A DNA stretch of 64,000 bases, taken from contig LBNX01000002.1 in assembly GCA_000989185.1 (NCBI GenBank), positions 358,012 to 422,011 of the forward strand, read 5' to 3'. This document shows, in pieces, positions 28,367-37,383 of this stretch. Each line of letters opens with the position of its first letter. Position 1 is the stretch's first letter. The notes beneath the pieces are model-generated. The model worked only from the letters and a program-made list of their open reading frames with translations. It was not told where the DNA came from and ran no database searches. The translations under genes and the position numbers were made by a program. This DNA comes from a candidate division TM6 bacterium GW2011_GWF2_28_16 (GTDB taxonomy: Bacteria > Babelota > Babeliae > Babelales > UASB340).

Positions 28367-29635
28367 ATGAAAAATTTAAAAATTATTTTACTTGGCCTAA
28401 GTTTTTCAACTTTGGCTTTGGCATATCCACCTTCAAATTTTTTTACGCCATATAATATTAATTGGAGGTTGCCAGATGTTAAAGATAAAAAGTTTTTATT
28501 TAACATAAATTTTGAACATGGTAATACAAATGATTGTAGAAATGGTGGCGAAGATAAAGCACCGGTTTTAAGATTATATAATGCAACAGAATCTAGTTTA
28601 GCCATGCTTTTGGGTGCTCAAGTTGGTAGTGATATTTATAATAAAGCAAATTTATTATTACCTGCATATGCTCCGGCTACAGATGATGGAGTTAGAGGTT
28701 GCTTTGAACTTGATGGTAAGTTTGAACAAACAAATATTAATTTACTCGCTAAATATAAATTACCTATAGAAACTATACCCGGCAATTTTGATTTACTTGT
28801 TCATGTACCAATGACACATATGGTTGTTAAAGATGTTGTATGGCGAGATTTAACAAAAAATGTTTTAGCATGCGATTTTGATGTTCATGCACAATTAACA
28901 GATGATATTGTAAACAATGTAAATACACTTGGTGATGGATTAAATCTAGAAGGCTTTGATAGAATGGGATTTGGTGATTTAGTTGTTATGTTGTGGTGGT
29001 ATAACGATTATAAACAGCTAAAAGAGCATCTTAAAAATGTAAGACTAAATTTTAGATTAGGGCTTTCGGCTCCAACAGGTCATAAAATAAACGAAGATAA
29101 ATCTATTGATTTTCCATTTGGAAATGACGGTTCTTGGGGTGTTCCATTGGCTGGTGCAATAGACTTAGATTTTATACATGCTTTTAAGTTGGGTTTAGAA
29201 TTTGAAATGTTATTTTTGTTTGATAACACAAGAATTCGAAGATTAAAAACAGATAGTAATCAAACAGATTATTTATTATTGCACAAAGGCAATGCAACAT
29301 TAAGCCAAGGTATGACTTGGAAGTTTAATTTATTTATACAAAAGAAATTTGGAAATTATATTACAGCAAAAATAGCATATCAATTTTTGAAAAAAGATTC
29401 AGACAAGCTTACTGCAGAATCTAATAATTTTGATTATAGCATTATAAATACAGCACAGAAATTACAAGAGTGGATGACTCAAGACTTTATATTTAAACTA
29501 GATATAGATTTATTTAAAGAATCTAGTAAATATGCATTTAAGCCACAGTTTAGTATGTTTGCTAAAGTACCGGTTACAGGGAAACGTATTGTAAGTGCAT
29601 ATACTTTTGGCGGGCAACTAGGATTTAATTTTTAA
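28367..29635 (+). CDS. Outer-membrane beta-barrel protein (porin/anchor-like)
   Basis: Signal peptide ...STLALA/YPPS. Alternating amphipathic strands in the C-terminal half. C-terminal ...GGQLGFNF with terminal Phe, typical of BAM substrates. Confidence 0.65.
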   Translation: MKNLKIILLGLSFSTLALAYPPSNFFTPYNINWRLPDVKDKKFLFNINFEHGNTNDCRNGGEDKAPVLRLYNATESSLAMLLGAQVGSDIYNKANLLLPAYAPATDDGVRGCFELDGKFEQTNINLLAKYKLPIETIPGNFDLLVHVPMTHMVVKDVVWRDLTKNVLACDFDVHAQLTDDIVNNVNTLGDGLNLEGFDRMGFGDLVVMLWWYNDYKQLKEHLKNVRLNFRLGLSAPTGHKINEDKSIDFPFGNDGSWGVPLAGAIDLDFIHAFKLGLEFEMLFLFDNTRIRRLKTDSNQTDYLLLHKGNATLSQGMTWKFNLFIQKKFGNYITAKIAYQFLKKDSDKLTAESNNFDYSIINTAQKLQEWMTQDFIFKLDIDLFKESSKYAFKPQFSMFAKVPVTGKRIVSAYTFGGQLGFNF

Positions 29636-29659
29636 AGAATAAATTAAAAGATGAATTGT

Positions 29660-29800
29660 GCGTATGGCGATAGCCATACGCTACCCCAGTGTTGCCATGC
29701 CTGAAGGCAGGCGTATTTGATTTAGTAACGAAATAATATTTTTTTAATAAGCTTACGTTTATGTAAGCGTTATTGAGGTAGAGGAAGGCTATCGCCTTCC
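29660..29800 (+). mobile_element. MITE-like GC-rich composite palindromic element, family M, copy A (~141 bp)
   Basis: Terminal inverted repeats GCGTATGGCGATAGCCATACGCTACC and GGTAGAGGAAGGCTATCGCCTTCC. Each terminus is itself a hairpin. Two internal hairpins flank an AT-rich core. Collinear with the reverse complement of 60358..60502. Confidence 0.8.
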
Positions 29801-29812
29801 CGTTAAAATTGT

Positions 29813-31051
29813 ATGAACATTCTTTATATAATTACAAAATTAGAACTTGGTGGCGCACAAAAAGTTTGTATATCGCTTTTAGATTATTTCCAAAAAAATA
29901 GTAATTTTGCTGGCTTAATATCTGGCGATCAGGGCGTATTAGTAGATCAAATAAAAGATTTAGATAATATTTTTTTATTACCAGAGTTTAAGCGTGAAGT
30001 GGGAATAAAAAATATATTTAACGAATTTAAATTATTTTTTAAATTAATAAAAATAATAAAAGAAAATAAGAAAAAATATAAAAATTTAATTGTACATACT
30101 CACAGTACAAAAGCAGGTATTTTTGGGCGCTGGGCAGCATTTTTTGCTGGTGTAAAAAACAGAGTGCACACTGTGCATGGTTTTGGTTTTCATGAAGGGC
30201 AAAATAAATTTGTATGGCTTATTATTTATTTGCTTGAATTTTTTACGGCTTTTATTACAACAAAATTTATTTGTGTGTCTAATTTTGATTTAAATACTGG
30301 TTCAAGATTATTGCCATTTTTTAAAAAGCGTTCAAGTGTAATTAACGCTGCAGTAGATTATGAAAAATTTTATTTAGAAAAAAAAGAAATTAAAAATTTT
30401 AATAAAAATTTAAATCAAAAATTTATAATAGGCACAGTGTCTTGTTTTAAGCCTCAAAAAAATTTAATAGACTTATTGCAAGCTTTTAAAAAAGTATTAA
30501 ATAATATAACAAGTGGAGAGCGTCACAGGTTTTGTCATACTGAACTTGCTGTGCCCGACGAAGCTTTACGCGAAGTCTGGGATTCAGCATCCAGAAATAT
30601 AAAATTCAATAATATTCTTTTGCAAATTATAGGTGATGGTGAACAACGTGAATATTTACAAGATTTTATTTTAAAAAATAATTTACAAAATAATATAGAG
30701 CTTTTGGGTTGGCAAGATAACGTTGCAAAATTTATGCATAATTGGGATTTGTTTGCTTTAAGCTCTTTATGGGAAGGTTTGCCTTGTGTAGTTGTTGAAG
30801 CTCGATTGGCAAAATTACCTGTTATTGCTTATAAAATATCTGGAATTCCAGAAGTTATATTCGATAATAAAAATGGTTTTTTGATAGATTCAGGGAACTG
30901 GGAAGTGCTGGCTGAAAAAATTGAATTTATTATAAAAGATAATATTAATCGAGAAAAATTGTCTAATTATAATGATAATTTATCTATGTTTAATAATAAT
31001 TACATGATTAACGAACATTTACTGCTTTACAAAAGCGTTCTTTATACATAA
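29813..31051 (+). CDS. Glycosyltransferase family 4 (GT-B) carrying an in-frame repeat-derived insertion
   Basis: ILYIITKLELGGAQK N-terminus and C-terminal WEGLPCVVVEARLAKLPVIAY (E-x7-E region). The GC-rich segment 30515..30594 encodes SGERHRFCHTELAVPDEALREVWDSASR in the interdomain region. Confidence 0.8.
   Translation: MNILYIITKLELGGAQKVCISLLDYFQKNSNFAGLISGDQGVLVDQIKDLDNIFLLPEFKREVGIKNIFNEFKLFFKLIKIIKENKKKYKNLIVHTHSTKAGIFGRWAAFFAGVKNRVHTVHGFGFHEGQNKFVWLIIYLLEFFTAFITTKFICVSNFDLNTGSRLLPFFKKRSSVINAAVDYEKFYLEKKEIKNFNKNLNQKFIIGTVSCFKPQKNLIDLLQAFKKVLNNITSGERHRFCHTELAVPDEALREVWDSASRNIKFNNILLQIIGDGEQREYLQDFILKNNLQNNIELLGWQDNVAKFMHNWDLFALSSLWEGLPCVVVEARLAKLPVIAYKISGIPEVIFDNKNGFLIDSGNWEVLAEKIEFIIKDNINREKLSNYNDNLSMFNNNYMINEHLLLYKSVLYT
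30532..30594 (-). repeat. Family H hairpin (TGAA-arm variant), degenerate and split by a 33-nt GC-rich insert; lies inside the GT4 CDS
   Basis: TTGTCATACTGAACTTG [33 nt] ATTCAGCATCCAG. Compare the reverse complement of copy 58889..58918, TTGTCATCCTGAACTTG-ATTCAGGATCCAG. Total 63 nt, which is 21 codons. Confidence 0.75.
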
Positions 31052-31138
31052 AAAAAATATTTTGACTTTTAAATTTTTCTTTTGTTAAATTGACCCCACC
31101 AATAGTTTGATTAAAAAGATGAATTGAAAGGTGGGTGA

Positions 31139-31414
31139 ATGAAAAGGTGCGTAAAAGTAAGAGTATTTGGACATGTGCATGGGGTAGGGTATAGAGCTTT
31201 TATTCAAAAACACGCCGAAAAGCTTGCGCTTGAAGGTAAAGTTCAAAATAATGAAGATGGAACAGTAGAAATTTTGGTTTGTGGTTCAGCAGAAAAAATT
31301 GATGATTTAATAGATGTTGTTTATCAGGGACCAGCAAAAGCTAAAATTGAAAATGTCATTATTCAGCCAGTGCAGGCAGATTTTGATTTTAGGGGTGTTT
31401 TTAGGGTTATCTAA
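31139..31414 (+). CDS. acyP: Acylphosphatase
   Basis: VRVFGHVHGVGYRAF (V.G.VQGVGFR motif) and G.V.N..DG.VE. Size 91 aa. Confidence 0.85.
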   Translation: MKRCVKVRVFGHVHGVGYRAFIQKHAEKLALEGKVQNNEDGTVEILVCGSAEKIDDLIDVVYQGPAKAKIENVIIQPVQADFDFRGVFRVI

Positions 31415-31479
31415 AAAAAATAAAAAACTTATCCATTCTTTTTGCAAAACTTTTGTATATAAGTTATTGTCGTAGAATT

Positions 31480-34017
31480 ATGGCAAAAGTTAAGTTTTTT
31501 TTATTGTTTTTAAATATATATTTTTTTGTATTTGCTCAAGAAACTTTTTTAAAAGAGAATTCTTGCTGGATTTTGAAAAAAGTTGCAGTTAAAGGTGTGC
31601 CTTTTGGTAAATATAATTTTTTATCTTTATATAAAATGCAGCAGGGTGATGTTTTTGATATATCTGAGCATGAAGAAGCTGTAAAAAATATTAAAATTTT
31701 ATTGAAAAATAAGGGTTATTTTAATTGTAGTGTTCAAGAAGAATTTATTTATGATAAAAAAAATAAAACAATTTTAGTTAATATTTTTATAAAAAAGAAT
31801 GAAAAATTTTTAATAAATAAAGTTTATTTTGATTTAAAAATAGATAACAGCAAAAAGCTTGAACTAAATATTATAAAAAATCTTGAAAATAGGTTTTACT
31901 CAAAAAGTTTATTATCTAGATATATAAAAAAAATAATAAAATATTGTAAATTAAATGGTTTTACTAATCCTAAAATTTCTATAAAAAAAATAATTAATAA
32001 TTATAGTAAAAAAATAGATTTAACTTTTAATGTTATTCTAGGTAAAAAACAAAAACTAGAATTTATAGGTAATCAATTTTTTACTTCAAGGGATATAAAG
32101 GAAAAATTATTCGGCCTAAATTATCCTGCATGGGCTTTTACTCCAGAAATTATAGCTCAAGAGTTATTTAATTATTATTATAATGTTGGATATTGGAATG
32201 CTGTTATTTTTTATAAAAAATTATTAGATGGCGCTTATTTGTTTAACATAAAAGAAAATGAGCCTGTTTTTGTTAATAAAATTTTACTAAAAGATGAAAA
32301 TAATAATCTTCTACAAGATAATATGTCTTTAAATTCTACAAAAAACTTAGAAAAAAGAATTTTTAGTCAAAAAGTGTTAGATGAAAATCTAAATAATATA
32401 ATGAATTATTACTATAAAAATGGTTTTTGGAATTTTAAAATAATTAATAAAAAATTAAAAAAGAATAAAAAAGATAATACTTGTGATGTTTTTATAAATG
32501 TAAATATGGGTCAACAAAGGCTATTTAGTGATACTCTTTTGCCTGTTGATTTAAGTTATATACAAGAACAAAAAATTGTAATTTTAAAAAAATTGCAAAA
32601 AGAAGGTTATTGGTATGCGAATGTTTATCCTGAAATTAAACAAGAACTAATAGATAAAAAATTAATGGTAAAAATTTCTTGGAATATAAAAAAGGGAGAA
32701 CAAATAAAATTTGGCGATATTACTTTGGGTGGATATACAAAAGTTGCACCAAAAAAAATATTAAAAGAATTAAGTTTTAGAAAAAATGACATTTGGGATG
32801 CAAAAAAAATAGATGAAACAAGAAAAAATTTAAAAAAATTAGATATTTTTAAATCTGTTTTGATAGAGCCAGAAAAGATATCTGAAAGTAAAACAACAGG
32901 ATTTGTTCCTGTAAAATTAAAAGTAATAGATGATGATCCTATCTCTGCAAGTTTTAGATTTGGATACTTTTTAACTAATAAAAACTTTTTATTTAAACGT
33001 GAATCTACTTATAAATTAGGTGGGTCTTTAATTTTTAAAAATCCTACAAATAATTTAGATAAACTTAGTTTAGATGCAGATTTTACACGCTTTGAACGTA
33101 AATTTAATTTAGAATATAAAATATTATCTCCATTTGGAATTAGTATAAAAGATTCAAAGCTTGTTGGAAAAGCAAATATTTATTTTAATAAATTTATAAA
33201 TCCTGTTGCTGTGCAAAATAGCCAATCAGCATATCAGGCTATAGAAAATGGTTTTTTATTTGGGTTTAATAATGAATTTAAGCATGATTATTTTGCAAGA
33301 TTAAATTTTGGCAATGAATGGATAAAAACAGAAAAAGTTAGGGGCAATATAAATTTAGATAGTAAATATATAAATAGAACAGTACCATATTTTTTTGTTG
33401 AGCCTACTATAATAGTAAAAAAAATAAATAGTGAGTTAGATATAAAAAAGGGAAGTATTAGTTTTGGGTCTTTAAAATTTATGGTACCAGAATATACAGG
33501 TAAACCTATTGGCAAATTAACTTTTGAACAATCTGTTTTTGCGCCAATATACAAACAAGTTATTTTTGCAGCCAGATTAAGATTGGGTTATATATTAAAT
33601 TCAAAATTTAATACAATAGAACCTTCGCAAAGATTTTTTTTAGGTGGACCATATTCTGTTAGGGGCTACGACAAAGATGCTTTGCCTCCATATGGTATAG
33701 ATTATTATCTAGATGATAAAAATGTTTTAAAAACACGATACACCATACAGGGTGGCTCAGGTATGCTAAATGGCAATCTAGAATTAAGATTTCCTGTATA
33801 TAAAAATTTTAAGGGTGTAATTTTTCAAGATTTGGGTGTACTTAGCCAAACAGGCTTGCCTGGCTTTTCTGGCAAATGGTATCCATCTACTGGATTTGGG
33901 TTAAGATATAATACGCCATTAGGGGCAATTAGATTTGATCTAGGTTTTAAATGGAAAGATGTTTTACCAAATGATACAAAATATGGTTGGTATTTAACTT
34001 TGGGTGAGGTTTTTTAA
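31480..34017 (+). CDS. bamA: Outer membrane protein assembly factor BamA (Omp85/D15)
   Basis: Signal peptide MAKVKFFLLFLNIYFFVFAQ (ATG 31480; the track starts at 31453). POTRA-like repeats. C-terminal barrel with FFLGGPYSVRGY and GFGLRYNTPLGAIRFDLGF. Terminal Phe. Confidence 0.85.
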   Translation: MAKVKFFLLFLNIYFFVFAQETFLKENSCWILKKVAVKGVPFGKYNFLSLYKMQQGDVFDISEHEEAVKNIKILLKNKGYFNCSVQEEFIYDKKNKTILVNIFIKKNEKFLINKVYFDLKIDNSKKLELNIIKNLENRFYSKSLLSRYIKKIIKYCKLNGFTNPKISIKKIINNYSKKIDLTFNVILGKKQKLEFIGNQFFTSRDIKEKLFGLNYPAWAFTPEIIAQELFNYYYNVGYWNAVIFYKKLLDGAYLFNIKENEPVFVNKILLKDENNNLLQDNMSLNSTKNLEKRIFSQKVLDENLNNIMNYYYKNGFWNFKIINKKLKKNKKDNTCDVFINVNMGQQRLFSDTLLPVDLSYIQEQKIVILKKLQKEGYWYANVYPEIKQELIDKKLMVKISWNIKKGEQIKFGDITLGGYTKVAPKKILKELSFRKNDIWDAKKIDETRKNLKKLDIFKSVLIEPEKISESKTTGFVPVKLKVIDDDPISASFRFGYFLTNKNFLFKRESTYKLGGSLIFKNPTNNLDKLSLDADFTRFERKFNLEYKILSPFGISIKDSKLVGKANIYFNKFINPVAVQNSQSAYQAIENGFLFGFNNEFKHDYFARLNFGNEWIKTEKVRGNINLDSKYINRTVPYFFVEPTIIVKKINSELDIKKGSISFGSLKFMVPEYTGKPIGKLTFEQSVFAPIYKQVIFAARLRLGYILNSKFNTIEPSQRFFLGGPYSVRGYDKDALPPYGIDYYLDDKNVLKTRYTIQGGSGMLNGNLELRFPVYKNFKGVIFQDLGVLSQTGLPGFSGKWYPSTGFGLRYNTPLGAIRFDLGFKWKDVLPNDTKYGWYLTLGEVF

Positions 34018-34397
34018 GAAAAGCTTAAATTTTTTTGGGTTGCATCTACATTCAAATGTAATATTATTTTATATTGAGAATATTCTTCTTTTTCTTTTTC
34101 GAGTTTATTTTCTAAAATATCTTTTAAGCGGGTTTTTTGATTCTCTTTTTCAGTAAAAGCTTTGCTAGTTTCTAAAATTTTTTGTTCTCCTATTTCTATA
34201 CTGTTTTTTAAAGAAATATCTTGTCCTGTTTCTGTTAAAATTTTTTTTAAAATATAATTATTATGTTTTAAATTTTTAAAAATAATTTTGGGATTAAAAA
34301 AATTATTATTTTTATATTTGTTTTTGTATATAAAAACAGTAAAAATAGCTATTAATAGTAAAAAAATTAAAAATAAAGATTTTGTTAATTTGTGCAT
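34014..34397 (-). CDS. Small N-terminally anchored coiled-coil protein, unknown function
   Basis: TM LFLIFLLLIAIFTVFIY, then a charged helical region. The 3' end overlaps bamA by 4 nt (convergent). Confidence 0.45.
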   Translation of the reverse strand: MHKLTKSLFLIFLLLIAIFTVFIYKNKYKNNNFFNPKIIFKNLKHNNYILKKILTETGQDISLKNSIEIGEQKILETSKAFTEKENQKTRLKDILENKLEKEKEEYSQYKIILHLNVDATQKNLSFS

Positions 34398-34597
34398 TAA
34401 AATACCCTAAATAAAAATTCCCAATATAGCTATATTATAAAATACAATTTATAGTGCAACCGTGCATACTATTTCTATTTGTATTTTTATATAATTTCTT
34501 TAAATTGTGCTTAAATAGTTTATAATAATACTCAATAATAAATTAAGAATAAATTAAGTTTAAATTTGGGGTTTTAATATAAAAAGAAAGATTAATT

Positions 34598-35314
34598 ATG
34601 TGTTGCGGACCAGAAAATAATTGTACGAGTAACCATTGTCATGATGAAAAACATAATAATTCAGGAATACTCGAAAAACATAGTACTATAAAAGAAGAAA
34701 TTATTTGTCATTTACCTATAGCTATATTTGCGGTAGCAATGTCTATGGTTGTGTTAAGCTTTTTGACATATTTTGATACAACTGGAGCTAATACTGTAGG
34801 GGCTCATAGGTTATTTCATAATTTTCATTTTTTACATTTACTATTTGCTGCTACTGGCACTGTATTAACTTTTAAAAGATATTCTGTAAGTAAAGTAAAA
34901 GCTATATTTCTTGGTTTTTTTATACCAGTAGTTTTTTGTACTCTTTCAGATGCAGTATTGCCATATTTTGCAGGAACATTATTGGGCGTGGATATGCACT
35001 TTCATTGGTGTTTTATAACAAATTTATCTAGAGTTTTACCATTTGTTTTTGCAGGTATGATAAATGGATGGCTTATGTCTAATCATGATTCTAATAAAAA
35101 ACTTTTTTATTCTCAGGGTTTTCATTTTTTACATATTTTTGTTAGCGCAATGGCTTCTATTTTATATATGGTGAGTTTTGGTTTTGCAAAGTGGTATAGC
35201 CAAATGGGGTTAGTTTTTATACTTATGATTTTGGCTGTTTTAATACCATGTACACTTTCAGATATTGTTGTGCCTATGATGTTTGCAAAAAATAAAAAGC
35301 CAATAAATAAATAA
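34598..35314 (+). CDS. Polytopic membrane protein with internal 3+3 TM duplication and His/Cys motifs; possible metal-ion transporter
   Basis: N-terminal MCCGPENNCTSNHCHDEKH. Repeated motifs HNFHFLHLLF / QGFHFLHIFV and FCTLSDAVLPYF / PCTLSDIVVPMMF. About 6 TM segments. Confidence 0.6.
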   Translation: MCCGPENNCTSNHCHDEKHNNSGILEKHSTIKEEIICHLPIAIFAVAMSMVVLSFLTYFDTTGANTVGAHRLFHNFHFLHLLFAATGTVLTFKRYSVSKVKAIFLGFFIPVVFCTLSDAVLPYFAGTLLGVDMHFHWCFITNLSRVLPFVFAGMINGWLMSNHDSNKKLFYSQGFHFLHIFVSAMASILYMVSFGFAKWYSQMGLVFILMILAVLIPCTLSDIVVPMMFAKNKKPINK

Positions 35315-35418
35315 AAAACGTAAATATTCTTTAATAGAAAGACAAAGTTTTAAAAATTATATAAGATGTGTGTTTGGTGTTTGGAGTTGTTATTGCTGAT
35401 TCGCTTAAGGATACACAG

Positions 35419-36510
35419 ATGAGGCAGATTCGATTTGAAAACGTTAGTAAATCATTTGAAGGTGAAGAGATAATTTCTGGGCTAAGCTTAGAAATTCCTG
35501 CCGGTAAGTTTTTTGCTTTACTGGGTCCATCTGGTTGCGGTAAAACAACACTTTTAAGACTTGTTGCAGGATTAGAATCTGTTGATTCTGGACGTATATT
35601 TTTGGGTGATCAGGATATTACTTATCAGCCAATATTCAAAAGAAGAGTGAATACTGTTTTTCAGCAGTATGCTCTTTTTCCACATTTGTCTGTTTTTGAA
35701 AATGTTGCCTATAGTTTAAGAATTAAAAGAGAAAAAGAAATTTTTGTTCGAGAAAAAGTATTTGATGCTCTTAAAATGGTGCATTTACTAGGCTTTGAAA
35801 ATAAAAATATAAAAAGTCTTTCTGGCGGGCAGCAGCAAAGAGTTGCGCTTGCTCGTGCTATTATAAGTGAACCTGAAGTGTTATTGCTAGATGAGCCATT
35901 AGCAGCTCTTGATCAAAAATTAAAAGAAAAATTATTAATAGAACTGATAGAACTTCAGGATAAATTAAAAACTACATTTGTTTATGTTACACACGATCAA
36001 TCTGAGGCATTAACTGTTGCAGATAAAATGGCAATTATGAATCATGATGGTCATATAGAACAAATTGGTACACCAAAACAAATTTATGAATTCCCTGTAT
36101 CAAGATTTGTTGCTAACTTTGTGGGTAACACAAATATACTATCTGGAAAACTTATAGATGTAGACAACCAACCAACGGTAGAAGTAAAAGGGCTAGATAG
36201 AATTTTAGTTTATATACAGGCACATAAAAATTGGATGATTTTGGGTTGTAATTTATTTGTAAGTATTCGACCAGAAAAAATATTTATTAGCAAAAAAGAG
36301 ATTTCAGGATTTTCGAATCATTTGCAGGGCCGTGTTGATAATATAATTTATTATGGTCGGTCTACTCAGTATAGTTTGATGTTAAAAAATGGTAAAAAGT
36401 TAATTGTATTTGAACAAAACGAAGAGCATTTTCCACAAGAAGTTATAGATTATGATGATATTGTAAATTTATATTTTCAAAAAGAAAATGTAGTACTGTT
36501 GCAGGGGTAA
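35419..36510 (+). CDS. potA: Spermidine/putrescine ABC transporter, ATP-binding protein
   Basis: GPSGCGKTT, LSGGQQQRVALARA, LLLDEPLAALD, plus a C-terminal TOBE-like domain. ATG 35419 with SD AAGGA is preferred over the track start 35368. Confidence 0.9.
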   Translation: MRQIRFENVSKSFEGEEIISGLSLEIPAGKFFALLGPSGCGKTTLLRLVAGLESVDSGRIFLGDQDITYQPIFKRRVNTVFQQYALFPHLSVFENVAYSLRIKREKEIFVREKVFDALKMVHLLGFENKNIKSLSGGQQQRVALARAIISEPEVLLLDEPLAALDQKLKEKLLIELIELQDKLKTTFVYVTHDQSEALTVADKMAIMNHDGHIEQIGTPKQIYEFPVSRFVANFVGNTNILSGKLIDVDNQPTVEVKGLDRILVYIQAHKNWMILGCNLFVSIRPEKIFISKKEISGFSNHLQGRVDNIIYYGRSTQYSLMLKNGKKLIVFEQNEEHFPQEVIDYDDIVNLYFQKENVVLLQG

Positions 36511-36513
36511 TTT

Positions 36514-37383
36514 TTGAATATGAAAATTTCAAAATTTTTTTCTTATGACGATTTACCATTTATTTTTGCAGCTCCTGCTTTTATATGGCAATGTTTATTT
36601 TTATATTTGCCGTTAATTATTTTAATTTTAAATAGTTTGTTGGATTTTAATTATTTAAATCCTTTTACATTATCTGTATATAAAAATATTGTTAACCCAT
36701 TATATTTTAAAGTTATTGTAAATTCTTTGTTTTTGGCTTTAACTACAGCATTTATAGCATTAATTTTTGCTTATCCAGCGGCATATTTTATAGCCTTAAA
36801 AGTTAAAAAATATAAATCGTTATTTTTATTTTCTCTAATATTACCATCGTGGACAAGTTTTGTTGTACAAGTGTATGCCTGGTTTTTTTTGTTAAAAAAA
36901 GGTGGCTTATTTAGTTTTGTATTTCAAAAAATTGGCATATTTTCGCAAGCAACTCATTTATTAAATAATTATTTTGCAGTTCAAATTGGTATGGCATATT
37001 GTTTTTTGCCTTTTATGATATTTCCTATTTATACAGTATTAGAAAAAATGGATAAAACATTAATAGAAGCTTCGCACGATTTAGGAGCAAATAAATTTCA
37101 GACATTTAAACGTGTAATATTTCCGGTCTCTATGCCTGGAGTTGTTACAGGTTTTTTATTAGTACTTGTTCCTACTTTTGGAGAATTTGCAGTGCCGGAT
37201 TTGCTTGGTGGTGGCAAAAAAATATATTGGGGAAGTATTATTGTTGAAAAGTTTTTGTTTGCAAGAGATTGGAAAGAGGGTGCAGCGTTAACAATGTTTG
37301 GTATTTTAACGCTACTATTTGTTTTGGTTTTTATTTTTTTATTATTTCGATTTGTTAAAAAAGTTTTTAGGGTAAAAATTTAA
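36514..37383 (+). CDS. potB: Spermidine/putrescine ABC transporter permease
   Basis: Six TM segments with the EAA loop IEASHDLGANKFQTFKRVIFP. Operon position after potA. The start may be ATG 36520. Confidence 0.85.
   Translation: MNMKISKFFSYDDLPFIFAAPAFIWQCLFLYLPLIILILNSLLDFNYLNPFTLSVYKNIVNPLYFKVIVNSLFLALTTAFIALIFAYPAAYFIALKVKKYKSLFLFSLILPSWTSFVVQVYAWFFLLKKGGLFSFVFQKIGIFSQATHLLNNYFAVQIGMAYCFLPFMIFPIYTVLEKMDKTLIEASHDLGANKFQTFKRVIFPVSMPGVVTGFLLVLVPTFGEFAVPDLLGGGKKIYWGSIIVEKFLFARDWKEGAALTMFGILTLLFVLVFIFLLFRFVKKVFRVKI

Noticed and set aside
28237-28605. 122-aa minus-strand ORF covering the hairpin element and the start of the OMP gene.
   Set aside because: It is antisense to two supported genes. 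Its openness is partly created by the GC-rich hairpin, the classic way palindromic repeats generate spurious ORFs.
34398-34597. Riboswitch or leader structures in the longer intergenic regions (14220..14490, 34398..34597, 48757..48996, 56602..56799).
   Set aside because: These regions are almost pure A/T with no conserved-looking helices or known riboswitch cores that I could recognise by eye.
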